From Pseudidiomarina andamanensis (GTDB taxonomy: Bacteria > Pseudomonadota > Gammaproteobacteria > Enterobacterales > Alteromonadaceae), in assembly GCF_009734345.1 (NCBI RefSeq), contig NZ_CP032551.1:1830001-1862000 (forward strand): a stretch of 32,000 nucleotides of DNA. Reading direction: 5' to 3'. Below are positions 21,163-30,104 of the stretch, in pieces. Numbering within the stretch: position 1 is the first letter of the stretch; every line of letters begins with the position of its first letter. Both the position numbers and the translations under genes were made by a program. A model generated the notes under the pieces. It searched no databases, was not told the origin of the DNA, and saw only the letters and a program-made list of their open reading frames with translations.

Positions 21163-21882
21163 TTACTGTGCAGGCCTTGCTCGGCCGGCTGCGGTGATTT
21201 CTACCCGCAAAAGTTGTCTGTTATTTAATCGAACACGAATTATATCACCAATTGAGCCAGTATCCATGGCTTCACCGGTACGCGTTATTTGAAAGCCTTT
21301 CCCACTCGCTTCAATAATCAACTCATCACCATAGTTAACGACATTAGGGCGCGTTAGAAGATTTTCCTGCAACACGCTGTGCTGAGTTAGCGAGCGACGC
21401 AATTGTTGTCCGACAACACGACGTATTTCTGTTGGCGTCGCCAGTAACGCATACCGCGGCAATTGGCTTAAATCACCTTGCTTCATCGTGATGTCTTGGC
21501 GCGACAACGTATGATTTGCAGCAAGATCACGCGTAACAACTAAATACTCTCCAATTACCGCAACATCAATCTGAACAAATAACGGGTTTTGTCCATTCGC
21601 ATCGTTGCAACGCAACTCAATCATGGTGCGTCCAGCTAATCGTTGCGGTTCGCGGGTGAAACGTGCGGCGACGTTCGCGCAGTTTTCGAGCGAGCTTAAT
21701 GCGGCAATTGGCGTAATAAGCTCGAAATGATGCTTGGTTGTGGTTGCTGGCAAATGCTGTTGTACGAGAGCAACAATAGCCTGATGCCAAGGTGCTTGCC
21801 CAATCGTTGATGCGGCTGATGAGGGTGTTACCCACGCCAATAGGCACACAGATAAAGGTAACCAGAATCTGATTCGCACCAA
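21163..21882 (-). CDS. flgA: Flagellar basal-body P-ring formation chaperone FlgA
   Basis: 239 aa. Signal peptide. C-terminal SAF-type region (VVNYGDELIIEASGKGFQITRTGEAMDTGSIGDIIRV). Start is TTG 21882 or the adjacent GTG 21879, with GAGGGAGAG upstream. Confidence 0.88.
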   Translation of the reverse strand: MVRIRFWLPLSVCLLAWVTPSSAASTIGQAPWHQAIVALVQQHLPATTTKHHFELITPIAALSSLENCANVAARFTREPQRLAGRTMIELRCNDANGQNPLFVQIDVAVIGEYLVVTRDLAANHTLSRQDITMKQGDLSQLPRYALLATPTEIRRVVGQQLRRSLTQHSVLQENLLTRPNVVNYGDELIIEASGKGFQITRTGEAMDTGSIGDIIRVRLNNRQLLRVEITAAGRARPAQ

Positions 21883-22034
21883 CGCTCTCCCTCACTTAAA
21901 TAAATGACAGCTCGAATTATAGACAGTTCTGCATATTGGAATCGTCAGAATTGGGGGTAAAAAAACCGCTTATTCTTTGCTTTGCCTTTACACAAGTCGC
22001 AGTACTCTGCAACGTGAACAGGAGGGTCTGCACG

Positions 22035-22439
22035 ATGATCGATAAGTTAACCAGTGCGTTGCAATTTCAACAACAAGCGTTGGCGTTGCGACAACAACGA
22101 CAAGAAACCTTGGCTGGCAATATTGCTAATGCCGATACGCCGAATTTCAAAGCGCGTGATTTTGATTTTTCGCAAGAGCTAAAGCGAGCAACGGCGCAGC
22201 AGCAAGGTTCGGTTAAGTTGGCGACCACGCATGCAGGACACCTGCCGTTATCGACGAGTACAAGTACGCTTGATATGCAGTACCGAGTACCAGCGCAAAG
22301 TCGTCTGGATGGTAACACCGTCGATATGGATATGGAACGTGCGCAATTTTTAGATAATTCGTTGCGTTACCAAGCAGACATTCAATTTTTAGATGATCGC
22401 ATTAGTGGCTTACGTAAAGCCATGCAGCCGGAACAATAA
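22035..22439 (+). CDS. flgB: Flagellar proximal rod protein FlgB
   Basis: The ATG at 22035, preceded by AGGAGGG (22019-22025), gives MIDKLTSALQFQQQALALRQQRQETLAGNIANADTPNFKARD, collinear with Salmonella FlgB (134 aa). The ORF-track start at 21936 adds 33 non-conserved residues. Confidence 0.95.
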   Translation: MIDKLTSALQFQQQALALRQQRQETLAGNIANADTPNFKARDFDFSQELKRATAQQQGSVKLATTHAGHLPLSTSTSTLDMQYRVPAQSRLDGNTVDMDMERAQFLDNSLRYQADIQFLDDRISGLRKAMQPEQ

Positions 22440-22451
22440 GGAAGCGACATT

Positions 22452-22856
22452 ATGGCGATCTTTTCAATTTTAGATATTTCAGGTTCAGCATTGACTGCTC
22501 AGTCACAAAGAATGAATGTGGCGGCAAGTAATATGGCGAATGCGAACAGCATCGCAGGTCCAGATGGACAACCCTACAAGGCCAAGCAAGTTATTTTTGA
22601 GCAACAGCTTCAAGCAAATGGCGTTGGTGGTGTGAAAGTTAAAGAAGTGGTTGAGTCGGAAGCACCCGCGCGCCGTGAATATCAACCTGGGCATCCACTT
22701 GCTGACGAACAAGGTTATGTAACCATGCCGAATGTCGACCCTGTTGCTGAAATGGTCAATATGATTTCTGCCTCGCGGTCTTATCAAGCCAACGTAGAAG
22801 TGATGAATACCAGCAAAGATCTGCTGATGCGCACACTAACCATTGGCAAAGGCTAA
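22452..22856 (+). CDS. flgC: Flagellar proximal rod protein FlgC
   Basis: 134 aa. [24 protein letters not shown] and C-terminal [24 protein letters not shown]. Confidence 0.96.
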   Translation: MAIFSILDISGSALTAQSQRMNVAASNMANANSIAGPDGQPYKAKQVIFEQQLQANGVGGVKVKEVVESEAPARREYQPGHPLADEQGYVTMPNVDPVAEMVNMISASRSYQANVEVMNTSKDLLMRTLTIGKG

Positions 22857-22866
22857 GGAGTAAGCA

Positions 22867-23544
22867 ATGAGCACGATTGATGCAAGCGTATTAAATCGCG
22901 TAAATCAAACCGCTAAAAGTTCGCAGGTGGCATCAAATAGCCAAGAAATGCGTGACAACTTTATGACGCTGTTAGTTACTCAGTTACGCAACCAAGACCC
23001 ATTGAACCCAATGGAAAATAACGAAATGACATCACAGTTGGCACAAATCAATACGGTGAGTGGCATTGAATCACTAAACGACACCATGCAAACCATTAAC
23101 GGGCAGATGGAAGCGGCGAAAACCATGCAAGCGTCGGCGTTGATCGGGCGCGCGGTGTTGGTTCCAGGTGATCGCATTTTGGTTGGTAACGAGGCCGACG
23201 GCAGTGCAACGCCATTTGGCATTGAGCTAAATGCACCAGCAGAAAGCGTCAAAATTAATATTTATAACGCCAGTGGCATGCTGGTGCGTCGCATGGATAT
23301 GGGCGAAGTTGGCTCCGGTTCTCAATCATTCTCATGGGACGGAAAAATGGACGACGGCACTGTCGCACCTGCCGGCTCATACAACTTTACCGTTGAAGCA
23401 ACCAATGGTGACCAACCGGTCACGTCAGAGCGCTTCAATTATGCACAGGTTATCGCGGTCAGTATGACTGAAGAAGGTCCGCGATTAGATTTAGGCGGTA
23501 TTTTAGAGCCCGTTCGTCTTGAAGACATTCGGCAAATTATTTAA
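22867..23544 (+). CDS. flgD: Flagellar hook capping/assembly protein FlgD
   Basis: 225 aa. FMTLLVTQLRNQDPLNPMENNEMTSQLAQ motif plus a C-terminal FlgD Ig-like region. Confidence 0.95.
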   Translation: MSTIDASVLNRVNQTAKSSQVASNSQEMRDNFMTLLVTQLRNQDPLNPMENNEMTSQLAQINTVSGIESLNDTMQTINGQMEAAKTMQASALIGRAVLVPGDRILVGNEADGSATPFGIELNAPAESVKINIYNASGMLVRRMDMGEVGSGSQSFSWDGKMDDGTVAPAGSYNFTVEATNGDQPVTSERFNYAQVIAVSMTEEGPRLDLGGILEPVRLEDIRQII

Positions 23545-23555
23545 GGAGCTCGATC

Positions 23556-24740
23556 ATGGGTTTTTCACAAGCATTATCAGGTTTACGTGCAGCAGCAACT
23601 AACTTGGACATTATCAGTAACAACGTAGCTAACTCACAGGTGGTTGGTTTTAAAAGTGCTCGCGCTCAGTTTTCAGATATTTATGCCAATGCACAGGTTG
23701 GTTTAGGTGTGCGCGTTGCTGGCGTATTCCAAGATTTCAGCGATGGTAATATCGAAACCACCAACCGTAATATGGATCTTGCCATTAGCGGTAAAGGCTT
23801 CTTTCGTTTTGAAAATCAGGGTCAGATTGAATACTCACGTAATGGTCAGCTAACGATTGATAAAAATGGTTTTATCGTGAATGCGCAAGGAGCACAGCTA
23901 ACCGGCTACCCGCAAGGTATCGAATTTGGTGGGCAACCTGAAGTTTTGCGTGTGCCACCAGGTGGCATTGCAGCGCAAGCCTCAACAGAATTAAATGCGG
24001 TATTCAATCTTGATACCAGCGTTCCAATTACCGATCGTGCCACGGTTCCTTTCGATCAAGCCAATCCAGATAGCTATTCATATGCAAACTCTGTGACGTT
24101 ATATGACTCGTTGGGTAATGCTCATCCAAGTATGATGTATTTCACCAAAACTGCTGATAATCAATGGGAAGTGCGCATGTCACGCGGAGGCGAACTAGCC
24201 CCAGAAGTTGGTCAACTTGATTTTGATAGCAACGGTATGTTGGTTGGTTCTACCAATATGGATGGCTTTACTTTTGTGCCCGGCGCGGGCGCTGCAAACA
24301 TGTCCATTGCCATGGACGTTACAGGCACGACGCAGTTTGCTAATGAGTTCGAGTTAACCTCGATGGAACAGGATGGTTATATGTCGGGCACCTTAATGCA
24401 AGTTGCGGTTGCAGAGGATGGCAGCATTATTGGAACTTACTCAAACGAACAGCAAGTCGTATTAGGTACCATCGCATTAGCAAATTTCCAGAGCCTTGAG
24501 GGCCTGAAGTCTGTTGGTAACAATGCATGGATCGAGTCTAAAAAATCAGGCGTTCCAATTCTTTCTGTTCCAGGCGAAGGTCAGTTCGGCTCAATCATGG
24601 CTGGCGCTGTCGAAGCTTCAAATGTGGATTTAACTCAAGAGCTCGTGGCCATGATCATTGCGCAGCGGAATTACCAAGCCAATGCGCAGAGTATCAAGTC
24701 TCAAGATGAGGCGTTACAAACCACCATGCAGTTGAAGTAA
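23556..24740 (+). CDS. flgE: Flagellar hook protein FlgE
   Basis: 394 aa. MGFSQALSGLRAAATNLDIISNNVANSQVVGFK N-terminus and NVDLTQELVAMIIAQRNYQANAQSIK C-terminus. Confidence 0.96.
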   Translation: MGFSQALSGLRAAATNLDIISNNVANSQVVGFKSARAQFSDIYANAQVGLGVRVAGVFQDFSDGNIETTNRNMDLAISGKGFFRFENQGQIEYSRNGQLTIDKNGFIVNAQGAQLTGYPQGIEFGGQPEVLRVPPGGIAAQASTELNAVFNLDTSVPITDRATVPFDQANPDSYSYANSVTLYDSLGNAHPSMMYFTKTADNQWEVRMSRGGELAPEVGQLDFDSNGMLVGSTNMDGFTFVPGAGAANMSIAMDVTGTTQFANEFELTSMEQDGYMSGTLMQVAVAEDGSIIGTYSNEQQVVLGTIALANFQSLEGLKSVGNNAWIESKKSGVPILSVPGEGQFGSIMAGAVEASNVDLTQELVAMIIAQRNYQANAQSIKSQDEALQTTMQLK

Positions 24741-24767
24741 TACAAAGCTAACTAAAGAGGCTTAGCT

Positions 24768-25511
24768 ATGGATGCCATTTTATACACGGCCATGAATGGG
24801 GCTCGCCAGACTCTCGATGAGCAGTCAGTGGTGACCAATAACTTGAGTAATGCATCAACGACCGGTTTTCGGGCGCAGCTTGCTGCTGCTCGAGCGGTGC
24901 CGGTCAATGGTGCAGGTGTATTCGACACGCGAGTGGCAGCAGTGACCACCACCGGCTTGTTCGATACCTCAGCGGGCGCTATTCAAACCACTGAACGTGA
25001 TTTAGATGTGGCATTAGACCAAGCCAATTGGTTAGCGGTGCAAACACCTGATGGCGAAGCATACACCAAGCGCGGAGACCTTCAGGTTGATGCTGACGGA
25101 CAACTGATGGTGAACGGTATGCCGGTATTAGGCGATGGCGGACCCATTTTGTTGCCGCTTGGCACCCAAGTTTCTATCGGTAATGACGGCACAATTAGTG
25201 GCATTGGTATGGGCGGTAACGCCAATGAGTTAGTGCCGCTAGATAGAATCAAATTGGTGCGTGTAGATCAGCCAAACCAGCTTCAACGCAGCGATGATGG
25301 CTGGTTCCGTACACCGGCTGGTGCGGCATTGCAGCGTGATGAAAATGCGCAGTTGGTTTCTGGCGCTCTCGAGGGTAGCAACGTGAACACTATTGAAGCG
25401 ATGGTGGCAATGATTGATACACAGCGTCGCTATGATCTCAATATGAGTGTGATTTCAACCGCCGATGAATCGGCGCAACAAGCCAATAGTTTGCTCTCAG
25501 TGAGAGGCTAA
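24768..25511 (+). CDS. flgF: Flagellar proximal rod protein FlgF
   Basis: 247 aa. Rod-family N- and C-terminal heptads (LYTAMNGA...NNLSNASTTGFRA; EGSNVNTIEAMVAMIDTQRRYD). Confidence 0.94.
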   Translation: MDAILYTAMNGARQTLDEQSVVTNNLSNASTTGFRAQLAAARAVPVNGAGVFDTRVAAVTTTGLFDTSAGAIQTTERDLDVALDQANWLAVQTPDGEAYTKRGDLQVDADGQLMVNGMPVLGDGGPILLPLGTQVSIGNDGTISGIGMGGNANELVPLDRIKLVRVDQPNQLQRSDDGWFRTPAGAALQRDENAQLVSGALEGSNVNTIEAMVAMIDTQRRYDLNMSVISTADESAQQANSLLSVRG

Positions 25512-25535
25512 CCACCGGTTTAGCGGAGATAAATT

Positions 25536-26318
25536 ATGATTAAAGCTTTATGGACAGCCAAAACAGGTTTAACGGCACAGCAGCAACAGCTGGACGTGAT
25601 TACCAATAACTTGGCAAACGTGAACACCTCAGGCTTCAAACGTTCTCGCGCAGTTTTTGAAGACTTGTTGTACCAAAACATGCGTCAGCCAGGTGCCATG
25701 AACAATGCCCAAGACAGCCTACCGTCTGGTTTGCAAGTAGGTACCGGCGTGCGCGCTGTAGCGACCGAGCGATTACATACGCAAGGTAGTTTAAATAATA
25801 CTGAGAACTCACGTGATTTAGCCATTAGCGGCAAAGGCTATTTCCAAGTCTTGATGCCAGACGGCTCTGTTGCTTATACCCGCGATGGTAGCTTTCAGGT
25901 GAATCAGGATGGTCAAATGGTGACCGCCAACGGCTTCCCTTTAGAGCCGGCCATTTTCCTGCCAGCAAACGCGATGAGTGTGACGATTGGTCAAGACGGT
26001 ATTGTGACGGTGACTCAACCGGGCAACACGCAAAACATGCAAGTAGGGCAAATTACGCTTGCGATGTTTATGAATGATGCTGGCCTCGAAGCGCGTGGCG
26101 GTAACTTATATGTGGAAACGCAAGCATCAGGTGCGCCAACCGAATCTTTACCGGGTATGAACGGTGCAGGAACCCTGTTCCAAGGGTTCGTTGAGGCTTC
26201 TAACGTGAACGTGGTGGAAGAAATGGTCAATATGATTCAAACCCAACGCGCCTACGAAATTAATAGTCGAGCTATTTCAAGTAGCGACGAGATGCTGGCG
26301 CGTTTAAGTCAGCTGTAA
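25536..26318 (+). CDS. flgG: Flagellar distal rod protein FlgG
   Basis: 260 aa, highly conserved ([43 protein letters not shown]; [25 protein letters not shown]). Confidence 0.97.
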   Translation: MIKALWTAKTGLTAQQQQLDVITNNLANVNTSGFKRSRAVFEDLLYQNMRQPGAMNNAQDSLPSGLQVGTGVRAVATERLHTQGSLNNTENSRDLAISGKGYFQVLMPDGSVAYTRDGSFQVNQDGQMVTANGFPLEPAIFLPANAMSVTIGQDGIVTVTQPGNTQNMQVGQITLAMFMNDAGLEARGGNLYVETQASGAPTESLPGMNGAGTLFQGFVEASNVNVVEEMVNMIQTQRAYEINSRAISSSDEMLARLSQL

Positions 26319-27001
26319 TGAGCAGAGGTAGAGCTGTGATGCGCGCACTAGTTGTAGTCATCGGTGGTTTGGTATTGTCCGGTTGCAGCAGTTCACCACC
26401 AGAACCAGTGGTGGTTGAAGCTTATGATCCTGTTGTGATTCCTAAAAACGCTGCGGCGGAGCCTAACGGCGCAATTTATCAAGCGCAAAACGGCTACATT
26501 CCGCTATTTGAAGACCAACGGCCACGTCGCTCTGGTGACATCATTACCATTGTGCTTGAAGAGCAAGTGAGTGCCACCAAGAATGCGTCATCACAGTCGT
26601 CACGTGCCAGCAACATTGGAATGGATCTAGAAGGTTTACCGGACGCTTTGGAAGAGCTTGCTGAGTATGGCTTTAATATTGGTAGTGCGAATGACTTTGC
26701 TGGTTCAGGTGGTAGCAGCGCATCGAATCAATTCTCCGGCATTATCACCGTTCAAGTGATGCATGTATTACCTAACGGCAACTTGCGTGTGCGTGGCGAG
26801 AAGCAAATCGCGATTAACCAAGGCACCGAGTACATTCGTTTTTCCGGCGTCGTGAATCCGCGCAGCATTAATGGACAAAATAGTGTGCTTTCAAGCGCGG
26901 TTGCTGATGCGCGCCTTGAATACATTGGTGATGGCTATATCAATCAAGCCCAAAAGCAGGGTTGGTTGCAGCGCTTCTTTAATTATGTCGCGCCGTTTTA
27001 A
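26318..27001 (+). CDS. flgH: Flagellar L-ring lipoprotein FlgH
   Basis: 227 aa. Lipobox LVLSGC. Conserved GDIITIVLEE and NGNLRVRGEKQI. The ATG overlaps the flgG stop by 1 nt (TAATG). An alternative in-frame ATG lies at 26339. Confidence 0.95.
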   Translation: MSRGRAVMRALVVVIGGLVLSGCSSSPPEPVVVEAYDPVVIPKNAAAEPNGAIYQAQNGYIPLFEDQRPRRSGDIITIVLEEQVSATKNASSQSSRASNIGMDLEGLPDALEELAEYGFNIGSANDFAGSGGSSASNQFSGIITVQVMHVLPNGNLRVRGEKQIAINQGTEYIRFSGVVNPRSINGQNSVLSSAVADARLEYIGDGYINQAQKQGWLQRFFNYVAPF

Positions 27002-27015
27002 GTAGAGGTTTGATT

Positions 27016-28110
27016 ATGTTGCGACAGTTATTTGTATTGCTAGCAGTAGCGACGATAGTGATGGGCAGTGCTCAGGCAGAGCGCATCAAAGATCTTGCCG
27101 ATTTTGCTGGTGTACGCAGTAACAGTTTAGTTGGTTACGGTCTAGTGGTTGGCCTTGACGGTTCGGGTGACCAGACCATGCAGGCACCATTTACTGGCCA
27201 AAGTATGACGAACATGTTGGCGCAGTTGGGCGTGACCATTCCGCCGGGTACCAATATGCAGCTGCGCAACGTGGCGGCGGTGATGGTTACCGCATCGTTG
27301 CCAGCCTTTGCTCGCCCGGGGCAGCAGCTTGATATCGTGGTTTCTTCGATTGGTAATGCCCGCAGTTTGCGTGGCGGAACCCTGTTAATGACGCCATTGA
27401 AAGGTGCTGATGGTCAAGTTTATGCATTGGCACAAGGCAACTTATTAATTAACGGCGCCAGTGCAGAGTCACAAGGCTCGTCTGCAGTAATCAATCAACA
27501 AGCTGGTGGTCGCATTAGCGGTGGCGCAACCGTTGAACGTTCTGTGGCGCTTGATTTAGGGCGTACCAATTTGCAGTTGAACCTAAAAGAAGCGGATTTC
27601 ACCACGGCTCTCAATATGGTTGAACGAATTAATACAACGTTCGGTTATACGGTAGCAACAGCCATTGATGGCGGCTCCATTGAATTACAAAGCCCACAAA
27701 GTGCGAATGATCGCGTTCGCTTTATGGCTCGTGTCGAAAATATTGATGTTACGCCGGGTGCGGCCGACCCGCGCGTGGTTATCAATTCTCGTACTGGTTC
27801 CGTGGTGTTAAGTGGTCCCGTAACGTTGCGGCAAGCTGCGGTTGCCCACGGGAATTTATCGGTCACCATTTCGCGTCAGCCGTTTGTCAGCCAACCACCT
27901 GCGTTTAGCGGTGGTGAGACAGTTACGGGCACCACCACTGATATTACGATTGAGCAAGAAGAAGGCTCTCTTCAGATGGTTGAAGGCGTTGAACTGATGG
28001 CCGTAGTTGATGCACTCAATAGTTTGGGTGCAACGCCGAGTGACCTGATGGCGATTTTACAGGCACTACATGCGTCTGGCGCATTGCGCGCTGAATTGGA
28101 GATCATCTAA
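27016..28110 (+). CDS. flgI: Flagellar P-ring protein FlgI
   Basis: Signal peptide, then ERIKDLADFAGVRSNSLVGYGLVVGLDGSGD. ATG at 27016, 7 nt after GAGG. The ORF-track start at 27010 is a TTG two codons upstream. Confidence 0.96.
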   Translation: MLRQLFVLLAVATIVMGSAQAERIKDLADFAGVRSNSLVGYGLVVGLDGSGDQTMQAPFTGQSMTNMLAQLGVTIPPGTNMQLRNVAAVMVTASLPAFARPGQQLDIVVSSIGNARSLRGGTLLMTPLKGADGQVYALAQGNLLINGASAESQGSSAVINQQAGGRISGGATVERSVALDLGRTNLQLNLKEADFTTALNMVERINTTFGYTVATAIDGGSIELQSPQSANDRVRFMARVENIDVTPGAADPRVVINSRTGSVVLSGPVTLRQAAVAHGNLSVTISRQPFVSQPPAFSGGETVTGTTTDITIEQEEGSLQMVEGVELMAVVDALNSLGATPSDLMAILQALHASGALRAELEII

Positions 28111-28424
28111 TGGCAAACTCAGTAGCTTCTGTCGGCTTGGCAATAGATGCGCAGCAGCTCAACCAGTTGAAAAAACAAAGTCACGCAGATCCAGACAAAG
28201 CTGCGGCAGCGGCGGCGCGTCAGTTTGAGGCGCTGTTTATTCAGAAAATGATGAAATCAATGCGCGAAGCGGGCGGCGAGTCGGAGCTCTTTAATAGCTC
28301 GGCCATGCGTACTTACTCCGACATGTTTGACCAACAACTAGCTACCGAGGTTGCTGGTAAAGGTATTGGCCTTGCGGAACAACTCTTGCAGCAACTGCAC
28401 CAAGAGCAAGGCAAAAAACCATAA
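28110..28424 (+). CDS. flgJ: FlgJ, rod-binding (scaffold) domain only; no C-terminal peptidoglycan hydrolase domain
   Basis: 104 aa. AAARQFEALFIQKMMKSMREAG...MFDQQLATEVAGKGIGLAEQLLQQL is the FlgJ N-terminal Rod-binding domain. The ATG overlaps the flgI stop (TAATG). The stop at 28422-28424 is followed 51 nt later by flgK. Confidence 0.88.
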   Translation: MANSVASVGLAIDAQQLNQLKKQSHADPDKAAAAAARQFEALFIQKMMKSMREAGGESELFNSSAMRTYSDMFDQQLATEVAGKGIGLAEQLLQQLHQEQGKKP

Positions 28425-28448
28425 AGTTATATGTGTTCGTGCCGATAA
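28422..28448 (+). promoter_or_regulatory. Sigma-28 (FliA) class-3 promoter for flgKL
   Basis: TAAA (28422-28425, overlapping the flgJ stop codon), 15 nt spacer, GCCGATAA (28441-28448). Perfect consensus, 28 nt upstream of the flgK ATG. Confidence 0.85.
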
Positions 28449-28475
28449 CTTCGGTAAGAACATTAGGGAGCAGGC

Positions 28476-30081
28476 ATGAGTATCTTTTCAATTGGTTTAA
28501 GTGGTTTACGTGCAGCGCAAACGGGGCTTTATGCCACCAGCGGAAACATCAGCAACGTAAATACACCGGGCTACAATCGCGAAATTGTGCAGCTGGGTGA
28601 GAAACCGTACAAGCGGCGTCCTCGTCAACGGGGTTGAGCGTCAGTTTAACCAATTTGTAGCTACTCGCTTGAATGCTTCCAGCGGTTCATTGGCGTCACT
28701 TGAGACCTATTACAGCCAAGTACGTCAAATTGACAATTTGTTGTCAGATGAACGCTCCGGCTTAGCGCCAGTCATGCAAGAATTCTTTAATGCCCTTGGC
28801 CAAATGAACAGTAGCCCGGCGGACCCTGCCGCGCGCGCTGGCGTGTTGGGCACGGCAAGCACTTTAGTGAGCCAATTCAAGTCATTTGATAACTACCTGC
28901 AAGATATTGAAAGTAGCGTTAACGCCGAAATGAAATTTGAGGTCGATACCATAAATGCCCTTACCGGGCAGATAGGTTCCCTTAATAAAGAAATTTTAAT
29001 TGCCCGATCAGGTAGCGGCGAAGCACCGAATAGTTTATTGAATCAGCGCGATAAATTAGTGCACGATTTATCGCAACGCATCGACATTCGCGTACATGAA
29101 CAGAAGTCAGGTTCTTACACAGTATCGCTGAACAATGGTTCGCCATTAGTATCGGGTGATACAAGCTATCAACTTTCTGCGTTGACAGATAATTCTGATC
29201 CAACGCGCACAGCTATTTTCTATAACGATGTTGCTGGTAACCAAATTCAATTGAAAGAATCGACGTTTAACCGCGGTAGCTTAAGCGGTTTAATGGAGTT
29301 TCGGTCAAAGAGCCTCGACACCATGCGCAATCAACTCGGACAAATGGTTCGAGTATTTGCCGATGCATTTAACCAACAGCACCAAGCTGGAGTTGATTTA
29401 AACCAAGACCCTGGCCAAGCCATGTTTGATGCTGGTAACCCGGTGGCTTATAGCAATTCGCGAAATACTGGCACGGGTACAGCTGCGGTTCAAATTAGCG
29501 ATTCTACTGCGTTACTTGCGGCTGATTATGATATCAAGTTAACCGATACAGGTTACGAGGTGCGTCGCGTAGACAGTGGTAAAATCGTTAATGCCACCTT
29601 TGATGGTGCGACCGGTACATTAGCGTTTAACGGCTTAGAAGTAACGATGTCAGGTACCGTGAATCAAGGCGATAGCTTCCGTGTACGCCCGTTAGTGAAT
29701 CAAGCTCAAAGCTTTGAATTACTGATAACCGAAGGTTCGCAGTTAGCTGCAGCCCAATCAACGGCAAGCGGAGATAACCGAAACGGATTGGCGCTGCTGG
29801 ATTTACAAAATCAGATGCTAGTGGAAGGTAAAGGTACCTTTAACCAAGCATACGGCACCATGGTGAGCACCTTAGGCAACCAAATTAATGTGGTTCAAGC
29901 GAACTTAGCTGCCCAAGAAGGTTTAACAGAACAGTTAACTGCGTTACAGCAGTCAGAATCGGGTGTGAATCTTGATGAAGAAGCAGCGAATCTCATTCGA
30001 TACCAGCAGTACTATCAAGCCAATGCCAAAGTAATTGAGACCGGTTCCACCATTCTCGATACCATTTTGCAGTTACGCTAA
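28476..30081 (+). pseudogene. flgK: Flagellar hook-filament junction protein 1 FlgK (HAP1), reading frame interrupted by a +1 frameshift near 28591-28612
   Basis: ATG at 28476 (GGGAG SD at 28466-28470) encodes MSIFSIGLSGLRAAQTGLYATSGNISNVNTPGYNREIVQLGE... and stops at the TGA at 28635-28637 after 53 codons. The rest of FlgK (SGVLVNGVERQFNQFVATRL ... NLDEEAANLIRYQQYYQANAKVIE...LQLR) is in the +1 frame (ORF track 28585..30081, which starts on an internal TTG). Confidence 0.85.
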
Positions 30082-30104
30082 ACGGACAACGCGGAGTATA
30101 GATC

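Noticed and set aside
21936-22034. 33-codon N-terminal extension of flgB in the ORF track
   Set aside because: It starts on TTG, is not conserved and is hydrophobic. A strong AGGAGGG SD precedes the ATG at 22035, which reproduces the universal FlgB N-terminus.
21883-22034. Sigma-54 promoter or FlhDC box in the flgA-flgB divergent region
   Set aside because: No TGGCAC-N5-TTGC-like element occurs on either strand; the best is GG-N10-GC with poor flanks. CGCTTATTCTTTGC (21967-21980) and AATCGTCAGAAT (21940-21951) vaguely resemble FlhD4C2 half-sites, at about 9-10/16 each, which is too weak to call. A TATAAT on the minus strand (21916-21921) upstream of flgA lacks a credible -35.
28585-28612. 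Treating TTG 28585 as the genuine flgK start (498-aa protein)
   Set aside because: It would delete the conserved FlgK N-terminal domain, which is clearly encoded just upstream in another frame with its own SD and sigma-28 promoter. The residues MCSWVRNRT are out-of-frame read-through, not FlgK sequence.
28629-28637. prfB-like programmed +1 frameshift at the in-frame TGA (GGT TGA G)
   Set aside because: The conserved +1-frame residues SGVLVNGVERQ begin at about 28611, upstream of the stop, so the frame change must occur before the TGA. There is no slippery CUU-U-type codon or appropriately spaced internal SD.
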